Positions 25,710 to 34,804 of a DNA stretch of 44,510 nucleotides are shown here, one piece after another. A model generated the notes under the pieces. The model searched no databases. It was not told where the DNA came from and saw only the letters and a list, made by a program, of their open reading frames with translations. Positions within the stretch are counted from its first letter, which is position 1. Each line of letters starts with the position of its first letter. The stretch is from Planctomycetota bacterium (GTDB taxonomy: Bacteria; Planctomycetota; JAJSAM01; JAKLKS01). A program made the translations under genes and the position numbers. Location: assembly GCA_023150535.1 (NCBI GenBank), contig JAKLKS010000003.1:1-44510 (forward strand). The letters run 5' to 3'.

Positions 25710-26609
25710 GTGCCGGTCAACACCAAGGCGATCCGCAAGAGGATCAAGTCCGTGTCCTCGACGCGGAAGATCACCAAGACCATGGAGATGGTCGCGACCA
25801 GCAAGCTCAAGCGGGCGCAGGACGCCGTCGTCTCGAGCACGCCCTACTCCAACCTCCTGGTCTCGATGATGAACGACCTCGCCTCCCGGGTCGCGGACCG
25901 CTCCGGCTTCCCCCTCCTCCGCAGGGCGGAGAAGCCGGAGAGGACGCTGATCTTCATCGTCACGGCCAGCCGCGGCCTCTGCGGCGGGTTCAACTCGAAC
26001 CTCGTCCGCCTCGGCAGGGACACCGTGAGGGCGGAGATCGCCGCCGGCCGGAAGCCCGTCGTCCACATGGCCGGCAAGAAGGGGATCGCCGCCTTCCGGT
26101 TCCAGGAGATCCCCGTAGACCGCAAGGTCCTCGACCTCTCCGACCGGCCCACCTACGAGGAGGCGGAGCGCCTCGCCGAGTCGCTCACGGGCCCCTTCCT
26201 CGCCGGGGAGGTGGACCGGGTCCTCGTCGTCTACCCCGACTTCCGCTCCCTCGCCTCCCAGCCCCCGACGGTGCTCCAGCTCTGCCCGGTCGGCGACCCG
26301 GGCGCGGCCGGGGCGAAGGCGGGCGAGGCGAAGCCGGGCGCGCCGGCGGAGGAGTTCCTCTTCGACCCCTCCCCCCGGGCGATCCTCGAGAAGCTGCTGC
26401 CGCTCTACGTCCGCACGACCGTCTACCGCGTGCTCGTCTCGGCCGTGGCCTCGGAGCAGATCGCGCGGCGCACGGCCATGAAGCTCGCGACGGACAACGC
26501 GGGCGAGATGGTGACGAACCTGACGCGGGCCTACAACAAGGCCCGGCAGGCCCAGATCACGCAGGAGATCGCCGAGATCATCGGCGGCGCGGAAGCGCTG
26601 AAGAAGTAG
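25710..26609 (+). CDS. atpG: F1 ATP synthase subunit gamma
   Basis: 299 aa. 'IKSVSSTRKITKTMEMVATSKL' and C-terminal 'ITQEIAEIIGGAEAL'. Confidence 0.95.
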   Translation: MPVNTKAIRKRIKSVSSTRKITKTMEMVATSKLKRAQDAVVSSTPYSNLLVSMMNDLASRVADRSGFPLLRRAEKPERTLIFIVTASRGLCGGFNSNLVRLGRDTVRAEIAAGRKPVVHMAGKKGIAAFRFQEIPVDRKVLDLSDRPTYEEAERLAESLTGPFLAGEVDRVLVVYPDFRSLASQPPTVLQLCPVGDPGAAGAKAGEAKPGAPAEEFLFDPSPRAILEKLLPLYVRTTVYRVLVSAVASEQIARRTAMKLATDNAGEMVTNLTRAYNKARQAQITQEIAEIIGGAEALKK

Positions 26610-28040
<1,431 letters not shown>

Positions 28041-28050
28041 GGGACGAACC

Positions 28051-28464
28051 GTGCCCGACTCCCTCTTCCAGATCGAGGTCGTGAGCCCCGCGAGGCCCCT
28101 GTTCAAGGGGGAGGCCGGCTCCCTCGTGGCCGAGGCCTACGACGGCGAGATCGGGGTCCTCCCCGGCCACGCGCCGCTGGTGACGATGCTCGGGACGGGC
28201 GTGGTGACCGTGAAGTACGCCGGGCTGCGCAAGGGCGAGGAGCGCTTCGCCGTGCGCGGGGGGTTCCTGCAGGTCCTCGGGCGGAAGGTGACGCTGCTCG
28301 TGACGGAGGCGCGGCGGGCGGAGGACGTCGACGCGCCGAAGGTGAAGGCCGCGCTCGACGGGGTGATGGAGACGCTCCACCACCCGCCCTCGGACGCGGA
28401 GTACGAGCGCCTCCTCGACGAGCGGCGGTGGCTCCAGTCGCAGCTGAAGATCGCGGCGAAGTAG
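28051..28464 (+). CDS. atpC: F1 ATP synthase subunit epsilon
   Basis: 137 aa with GTG start. 'GEIGVLPGHAPLVT'. Confidence 0.9.
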   Translation: MPDSLFQIEVVSPARPLFKGEAGSLVAEAYDGEIGVLPGHAPLVTMLGTGVVTVKYAGLRKGEERFAVRGGFLQVLGRKVTLLVTEARRAEDVDAPKVKAALDGVMETLHHPPSDAEYERLLDERRWLQSQLKIAAK

Positions 28465-28551
28465 CGTCCCCGCCGCCGCCGGCGGCCGCCGCCGGTTGAC
28501 GCCCCCGCCGCCCGGGAGTACCCTCGACCGCGGACAGGGAGGGCTCCCCCC

Positions 28552-30264
28552 ATGAGGCTCGCCGCCGCGGTGCTTCCGCTTCTCCTCGCCGCCGGGGCCG
28601 CCGCGCAGGACGCCGCGAAGCCCGCCGCACCGCCGCGGGAGGAGTTCCCCGTCGGGGACCTGGTCCTCGCATCGCGCGAGGGGGCGCCCGTGGACCCGGT
28701 GTCCATCCTGCCCTGGTCCACGGCCGGGGGCCAGAGCGCCTCGGGGATGGCGGGAGGCTTCCTCCTGCCGGTCGAGGAGGAGCCGGGACGCCGGGTGCTC
28801 CTGGAGATGGAACAGCTGCAGGATCTCCTCGGCCTTCTCGTCGGGGGGGACGACCTCCCTCTCACCCCCTGCGGGGGGGGGATCCTCCTGGCCCCGGCGG
28901 CCCGGGCCGCGGAGGTGCGCGGCGCCCTCGACCGCCTCCGGGCGGCGGGGCCCGGCCCGCTCGCGGCCTCCGTGGTCCTCGAGGAGGAGGATGCCGGGGG
29001 ATGGAGGGTCCGCCTCTCCGCGGCGGAGCCGATCCGCCCCGGGGTCCGCGCCGTCTTCGCCGTCGCCGAGGACCGGACCTTCCTCGCCGACTACGACGTG
29101 GAACTCGCCCAGGACTCCCAGCTCCACGACCCCGTCCTCCTGACCCAGAGGACCGGCGCCTCCCTGGACCTCAGGGTGAGCCCCCTCCCCGGCGGCGGCG
29201 CCGCCGTGGTGGAGGCCATCGCCCGGGTCTCCGCGGCCCTCCCGCCGGAGAGGGCCGAGGGGCTCCACCCCGACATGGGGCATCTCGACCGGGGCGTGGT
29301 CGCCGGCGCCCAGGCGGCCCTCCTCTTCCGCGCGGAGCCGGGGGTGGAGACGGTCCACGCCTGGCAGGCGCGGGACGGCCGCTCCTTCCGGCTGCGGACG
29401 ACCCTGCGGTGGGCCCCGCCCCCGGCGGATGCCGGGGAGCCGGTCCTCCTCTGGTCCCCCGTTCTCGCCTGGGAGTTCACCAGCCGCACCTGTCCCAACT
29501 ACGTTCTCCGCCCCTCGGGAGCGGAGGCCGACGAGAACCGCCCCAGGTTCGGGAAGGCGGAGGAGGACCATCGCCCCACAGCGGAGGACCGCCTCCTCCG
29601 GGTCGCGGAGAGGCTCGAGGGGGGCGCGGAGTTCGACGGGGAGGTCACGGAGAGCGGGCTCCTCGTCCTCTCCGGGAAGGGCGCCGCCGCCGCGGCGCGG
29701 GAGTTGCGCGGCTCCATGGACCGGGAGTTCCGGTCCCACGCCGTCGAGGTGGAGGCGCGGCAGGCCGGGGACAAGGAGCGCCTGCTGTTCCGCGCCTCCG
29801 GCCCCCTGGTCTCGGGGACGATGGTGAACTTCCTCTCGGGCGAGGCGCGGAACTACGTCCAGGACTGGGACATCGAGGTCGCGCAGGGGGCCTGGATCCC
29901 CGACCCCATCGTGGACTGCCTGCAGGCCGGCGACTACCTGAACCTCCGCCTCGTGGACGCGGGCGACGGGACGCCCTTCGCGGTGGACCTCGATTTCCAG
30001 ATGGCCCTCTTCGAGGGGTTCGAGCCGGTCGACATGCCGCTCCTCGACGCCATGGACCGCCCGGGGGGATCCCCGAGCGGCGCCCCGACGGGGCCGCCGC
30101 GCCGGGGCACCTACCGCGTGGAGAAGCCGACGGTGCGCGAGGTGCGCATCGCCGGGCGCTACCCGCTCGCCGCGGACGGGACGGTGGCGATCCGCCGCTC
30201 GGCGCCGGGGTTCCTCGGCTCGGGCCGGGAAGTCGTCCTCACGGTGAAGGTGGCGCGGCCATAG
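28552..30264 (+). CDS. secreted hypothetical protein
   Basis: 570 aa. Signal peptide 'MRLAAAVLPLLLAAGAAAQD', GGGAGGG upstream, consistent GC3. No domain recognised. Confidence 0.65.
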   Translation: MRLAAAVLPLLLAAGAAAQDAAKPAAPPREEFPVGDLVLASREGAPVDPVSILPWSTAGGQSASGMAGGFLLPVEEEPGRRVLLEMEQLQDLLGLLVGGDDLPLTPCGGGILLAPAARAAEVRGALDRLRAAGPGPLAASVVLEEEDAGGWRVRLSAAEPIRPGVRAVFAVAEDRTFLADYDVELAQDSQLHDPVLLTQRTGASLDLRVSPLPGGGAAVVEAIARVSAALPPERAEGLHPDMGHLDRGVVAGAQAALLFRAEPGVETVHAWQARDGRSFRLRTTLRWAPPPADAGEPVLLWSPVLAWEFTSRTCPNYVLRPSGAEADENRPRFGKAEEDHRPTAEDRLLRVAERLEGGAEFDGEVTESGLLVLSGKGAAAAARELRGSMDREFRSHAVEVEARQAGDKERLLFRASGPLVSGTMVNFLSGEARNYVQDWDIEVAQGAWIPDPIVDCLQAGDYLNLRLVDAGDGTPFAVDLDFQMALFEGFEPVDMPLLDAMDRPGGSPSGAPTGPPRRGTYRVEKPTVREVRIAGRYPLAADGTVAIRRSAPGFLGSGREVVLTVKVARP

Positions 30265-31199
30265 AGGTCCGCGCCCTCCGGGAGGACGACGCGGGGGCCG
30301 TCTCGGCCTTCTTCGCCTCGGCCCGCGCCGCCGATCCCGCGGTGCGGCCGATTCCCGTCGAGGACTGGCGGGCCTTCCTCTCGCTCCCCTTCAACCGGGG
30401 CGGGCGGGACTTCGCGCTCGCGCTGGAGGGCGGGCGCGTCGCCGGTGTCCTGACCTCCACCCGCATCCCGGCCGCGGGCGCGAGCCCCGATCGGCGCCAC
30501 TTCCGGATCGTCGTCCACCCGGGGTTCCGCCGTCGCGGCGTCGGGGGGGCGCTGCTCCGGCTCGTCGAGGCGCAGGACCCCGGGGACCCACCGGCGGTGC
30601 TCCAGTGCCGGATTCCCGCCACCTGGACCGCGGCGGCCGCCTTCTTCGGGAAGCGGGGCTTCCGGGCGGTCCAGACCGACGTGGAGATGGAGCGGACGGG
30701 GCCTCCGCCGGCGGAGCCGCCGCTCCCCGCGGGGGTCGCGATCCGGGACGCGGTGCCCGGCGCCGACGACGCGGACCTCCTGCGCCTCCACGACGAGGGG
30801 TTCGCGGAGGACTTCGGCTTCGTCCCCGCGACGGCGGCCTTCCTCGCGGCGGAGCGGGCCATGGCGGGCGCCTGGTACGGGGTGGCGGCGGCGGAGGGGG
30901 CCGTGGCGGGCTACGTGAAGACCCACCACGAGGGGGAGTCCACGGGCTGGCTCAACGCGCTCGTCGTCGCCGCGCCCTTCCGCGGCCGGGGGATCGGGCG
31001 GGCGCTCCTCCTCCGCGCCCTCGCGCGGCTCCACGGGGAGGGCCGGACGAAGGCGGGACTCGTCACCGAGGATCGGAACACCGCGGCTCTCGCGCTCTAC
31101 CGGTCGGCGGGTTTCACCGTGGCGGAGGAGGAGGCGGCGTGGTGGAGGGAGGGGACGGGGGCGGTCAGTCCCACTCCTCCACGAAGTCCAGCCCCGTGA
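30261..31199 (+). CDS. tandem-GNAT acetyltransferase (two acetyltransferase domains); start codon uncertain
   Basis: Two motif-A copies, 'RIVVHPGFRRRGVGGALL' and 'ALVVAAPFRGRGIGRALL'. The conserved N-terminus 'IEVRALREDD' begins at an ATA that overlaps the upstream TAG. Confidence 0.65.
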   Translation: MEVRALREDDAGAVSAFFASARAADPAVRPIPVEDWRAFLSLPFNRGGRDFALALEGGRVAGVLTSTRIPAAGASPDRRHFRIVVHPGFRRRGVGGALLRLVEAQDPGDPPAVLQCRIPATWTAAAAFFGKRGFRAVQTDVEMERTGPPPAEPPLPAGVAIRDAVPGADDADLLRLHDEGFAEDFGFVPATAAFLAAERAMAGAWYGVAAAEGAVAGYVKTHHEGESTGWLNALVVAAPFRGRGIGRALLLRALARLHGEGRTKAGLVTEDRNTAALALYRSAGFTVAEEEAAWWREGTGAVSPTPPRSPAP

Positions 31200-31980
31200 T
31201 TCGCCGCCAGGCGTCCCCGGCAGGAGTGATCCTCCGATCACCGTCGTCGCCCATCTCCCTCGCCTTCCAGAGGAGCGCCCGCAGATCCACCCCGGGGAAC
31301 GAGTGGAGCAGGCGGAGGCGCCGCTCCGCGGCCGCGGGATCCCCGCGCCGCTCCCCCGCGATCACCTCCGTCGCCCGGAACTCCGCGATGCGGACGAGCC
31401 TCCCGGCGGCGAGGCAGCCGCCCCCCAAGACGCAGGCCGCGAGGAGCGCCATGGCGAGCGCGGGCCCCGCCCCGAGCCGATCCCGCCCGTGGGCGAGCGC
31501 GCGCAGCCCCGCCCCCGCGAAGACGGCCGCCGTGAGGAAGGGGAGGAGGCCGAGGAGGCCGATCCCGAGGACGAGTGCTCCCATGAGGCTCGCGGGGAGG
31601 AGGACCACGGCCGTCCCTCCGGCGAACAGGGCCCCGAGTAGCAGCGGGCCGGCGGCGACGGCATGGGCCCAGCCCCCGCGGCGGCGGAAGGGAAGCCAGG
31701 CGAGGAGGGCCGCGATGCAGGCGAAGGCGAGGATCGGCGTGTAGGGTCGGAAGGGCAGCACGCCGCTGGCGTCCCCGAGGAGTCCCCCTGCGATGGTCGG
31801 GAGCCAGTGGAGGTCGAGGTGGAGGAGGAGGGCCGGGACGGCGGCCCCGAGGAGGAGGTCGAAGGAGAGCGGCGGGTTGGAGTCGGGAACGGGCAGGGGG
31901 AGGTCCCGCCAGGACCGCCACGGCCAGCGGAGTCCGCGGGGAAGGGGCGCCGCCGGCGCCGCCTTCTCCGCCTCCCCCAT
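31165..31980 (-). CDS. polytopic membrane protein with soluble C-terminal tail
   Basis: 271 aa from ATG 31980, with several hydrophobic helices. It lies 9 nt downstream of the radical SAM gene on the same strand. Confidence 0.6.
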   Translation of the reverse strand: MGEAEKAAPAAPLPRGLRWPWRSWRDLPLPVPDSNPPLSFDLLLGAAVPALLLHLDLHWLPTIAGGLLGDASGVLPFRPYTPILAFACIAALLAWLPFRRRGGWAHAVAAGPLLLGALFAGGTAVVLLPASLMGALVLGIGLLGLLPFLTAAVFAGAGLRALAHGRDRLGAGPALAMALLAACVLGGGCLAAGRLVRIAEFRATEVIAGERRGDPAAAERRLRLLHSFPGVDLRALLWKAREMGDDGDRRITPAGDAWRRITGLDFVEEWD

Positions 31981-31988
31981 GCCCCCTC

Positions 31989-33674
31989 CTACGCGGTCGC
32001 CGCCATCGCCGGCTCCTCCCCGCGCACCGCGGCGGGGGGCGGGCCCGGGAGCGGCGGGAGGCCGCCGATGCCGGTGAGCAGCCGGTAGCCGGCCGCGAAC
32101 ACGAAACGGCTCCACCAGGTGCGCTTCGACTCGCGGTAGCGCTGGAGGGCGACGAGGGTGTTCTCGGCCGAGAGCTTCTCGACCGCCTTCTCCCCGAGGT
32201 CCCCCTTCCCGCGCGCGCGGCAGACCTCGGCGAGCAGGGGACCCAGTTCCGCCGGGCCGAGATCGGAGGCGCGCCGCCCCGATTTCGCCAAGAGCCGCCC
32301 GATCTCGAGCACGACCTCCGAGGGCGGGATCCCGAGCCCCTGCGCCGTGAAGGCCAGCGTCCGCACCGCGTGCACCCGGTTGTAGACCCAGTCCGAGGCG
32401 TCGCGGAAGGAGGCGAGGTCCCGCGCCTCCGCCGCCGTCAGCGTCCGCGAGGATGTCGCCTCGTACTGCGCGTCCTCGTCGAAGACGTAGCCGTGCTTCG
32501 CGTGCTCCCCGCCGAGCTCCGTCCCCGGGAGGATCTTCGTCATCGTGATGACGATGGTCGAGGGCCCCACCGCGAACACGAAGTCCCAGGAGCGGAGGAA
32601 GTCGGCCGCCGTCTCCCCCGGGAGGCCCATCATGAGGTCCACGGACGCCCCGCCGTGGGCGGAGAAGGCGCAGGGCCGGTAGATGCCCGCCTCGAGGAGC
32701 GCGCGCACGCCGTTCGTGAACCTCGCGCGGTCGTACCAGCGCTTCACCGTGTCGAGGGTGCGCTCGTGCACCGACTGGAGCCCGATCTCCGCGAAGTAGT
32801 CGAGCGCCGAGATCGCCCGCGCCTGCTCCGCGTCGAGGAGCTCCCCGCGCAGCTCGAAGGCGTAGCGGATGCGCCCCGGGAGCCCCGCGAGGAACCCCCA
32901 GACCTCCACCGCGCGCTTCCGGTCCATGTTGAAGTTCGTGTCGAGGAAGGCGACCTCGCGCACGCCCGCCGCGGCGATGGCGCGCATCTCCTCCTTCACG
33001 CGGTCGGCGGGGAAGCTCCGGACGCGCGCGAAGCCGCGCGGCTCGAAGCAGAAGGTGCAGGTGTAGGGGCAGCCGCGGGTCGTCTCCACCATCACGCGAT
33101 CCTGCCCGGCCAGCAGCGGGCCGAAGGCCCCGGTCACGTAGGGGGAGGGCACGGTCGCGAGGTCGGCGATGGGCGGGCGGGCGGCGTTGCGGCGCTCCTT
33201 CCGGCCGTCGCGCCAGCAGACCCCCTTCACCTCGGCGAGGGCGGAGGCCCCGAGCGGCCCCGGCGGCAGCGCCGCCAGCCGCTGCAGGACCTCGCGGAAG
33301 GTCTCCTCCCCCTCCCCGAAGACGACGAGGTCGGCGTTGCGGTTGCGGCGGAGGTAGCCCGCGGGGTCGGGCGTCACCTCGATCCCGCCGAGGACGACGA
33401 GGGGGCGCCCGGAGGCGGGCAGGCGCGTCAGCGCCTTCTCCACGGCGCGGATGTTCCAGGAGTAGCAGGAGAAGCCGACGAGGTCGGGGGCCTCCCGCGC
33501 GACGGCGGCGGCCACGTCCCCGGGCGGGGTCGCCACGGGGAGGTGGAGGAGGCGGATGTCCCAGGACGCCTTCACGCCGGGATCGGCGTCGGCGAAGGCC
33601 TTGAGGTACCCGAGGGCGAGGGAGAGGTCGTACTCGGGGAGGGCGTAGAGATCGACGAGGAGCGCCCTGCGCAT
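31989..33674 (-). CDS. B12-binding-domain radical SAM protein
   Basis: About 561 aa from ATG 33674 (a TTG at 33686 is also possible). N-terminal cobalamin-binding-like Rossmann segment, then 'CPYTCTFC' (CxxxCxxC). Confidence 0.85.
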   Translation of the reverse strand: MRRALLVDLYALPEYDLSLALGYLKAFADADPGVKASWDIRLLHLPVATPPGDVAAAVAREAPDLVGFSCYSWNIRAVEKALTRLPASGRPLVVLGGIEVTPDPAGYLRRNRNADLVVFGEGEETFREVLQRLAALPPGPLGASALAEVKGVCWRDGRKERRNAARPPIADLATVPSPYVTGAFGPLLAGQDRVMVETTRGCPYTCTFCFEPRGFARVRSFPADRVKEEMRAIAAAGVREVAFLDTNFNMDRKRAVEVWGFLAGLPGRIRYAFELRGELLDAEQARAISALDYFAEIGLQSVHERTLDTVKRWYDRARFTNGVRALLEAGIYRPCAFSAHGGASVDLMMGLPGETAADFLRSWDFVFAVGPSTIVITMTKILPGTELGGEHAKHGYVFDEDAQYEATSSRTLTAAEARDLASFRDASDWVYNRVHAVRTLAFTAQGLGIPPSEVVLEIGRLLAKSGRRASDLGPAELGPLLAEVCRARGKGDLGEKAVEKLSAENTLVALQRYRESKRTWWSRFVFAAGYRLLTGIGGLPPLPGPPPAAVRGEEPAMAATA

Positions 33675-33824
33675 CGTGGCCGTCAAGCCCGCGGCGCGGC
33701 GAAGTCCGGTCCGCCGGCGCTGGCCCCTTTCGTTCCGGTGCGCTCCACGGGGCCACTGTAGCCGAAGCCGCCGGGGGCGTCGAATCGCGGCGCCCGGGGG
33801 GGGAGGGGGGGAGGCGAAGCGCCG

Positions 33825-34091
33825 CTACCGGCCGAAGAGACCCCGGGACTGATGCGCGGAGCGGGAGGACCGGAGGGCCGCGAGAATGTCGGGCATGGGC
33901 TCCCCCGTGGCGGTCCGTCGCCAGGCCGCGGGAAGCGGAACCCGCGCTTCCTCCAGGGCGGCGATGTCTCCCTCCTCGAGGAACCTCCGCCCGCCCTTCA
34001 TCCGCAGGGGGAGCCTTCCTTCCCGGATCCATCGGTGGAGGGTCCCGGCGTTCCGGTGGAGGAGGCGGGCCGCCTCGGGGATGGTGAGCAT
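33825..34091 (-). CDS. excisionase/MerR-like helix-turn-helix DNA-binding protein
   Basis: 88 aa. 'MLTIPEAARLLHRNAGTLHRWIREGRLP'. Confidence 0.6.
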   Translation of the reverse strand: MLTIPEAARLLHRNAGTLHRWIREGRLPLRMKGGRRFLEEGDIAALEEARVPLPAAWRRTATGEPMPDILAALRSSRSAHQSRGLFGR

Positions 34092-34145
34092 GGGGCCATC
34101 ATGCCAGACCGCCGCCGGAATCCCCGGGACGGGGTGGCCGGCTGC

Positions 34146-34610
34146 CTACAGCCCCTCGCGCCGCTCGTCCTCGCGGAAGACGGCGACGATCTCCTCGGGG
34201 CTCCTCGCCTCCGCGAGGGCGCGCTTGGCCTTCTCCTGGTTCAGCACGCGCGCCACCTGGGCGAGGGCCCGGATGTGGGGGCCGGATTCGTCGGGGTGGG
34301 AGACGAGGAGGAAGAGGATGCGGCAGGGCTCCCCGTCCACGGCCTCGAAGGCGAGGCCGCCGGGGCAGGTGGCGAGGGAGGCCATGAGGCGGGGGACCGC
34401 CTCGGTCTTGCCGTGGGGGACGGCGACGCCGCGGCCGATCCCGGTGGAGAGCACGGATTCCCGCTCGAGGACGGCGCGCACGACCTCGGCGGCGCCGTTC
34501 CCCCCGGGGAGGGGCAGGAGCGAGACGAGTTCCTCGATGGCCTCGCGCTTGGAGGAGGCGCGGAGGCCGATGCGGATCTGGCTGGCGGGGAGGAGTTCGG
34601 AGAGGCGCAC
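34146..34610 (-). CDS. ptsN: PTS EIIA-Ntr-type protein
   Basis: 154 aa. 'STGIGRGVAVPHGK' phospho-His motif. GTG start with GAGGG upstream. Confidence 0.85.
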   Translation of the reverse strand: MRLSELLPASQIRIGLRASSKREAIEELVSLLPLPGGNGAAEVVRAVLERESVLSTGIGRGVAVPHGKTEAVPRLMASLATCPGGLAFEAVDGEPCRILFLLVSHPDESGPHIRALAQVARVLNQEKAKRALAEARSPEEIVAVFREDERREGL

Positions 34611-34804
34611 GCGTCACCCTCGGGGCGGGACGGGGCCGGAGGATTCGTCCCGGAGGGGGAATGGTAGCCCCCGGGGAAGGGGGCGGCGGACGAATCGGGA
34701 GGGGGGTGTCACGGGCGGGAGGGGGCGGCCGGCGCCCCGTGAGGGCTTTCCGCCGGCACGGTCCGTGGAGCGGAAGGTGGGCGGGGAGCGGAAGTGTGGA
34801 GTGG

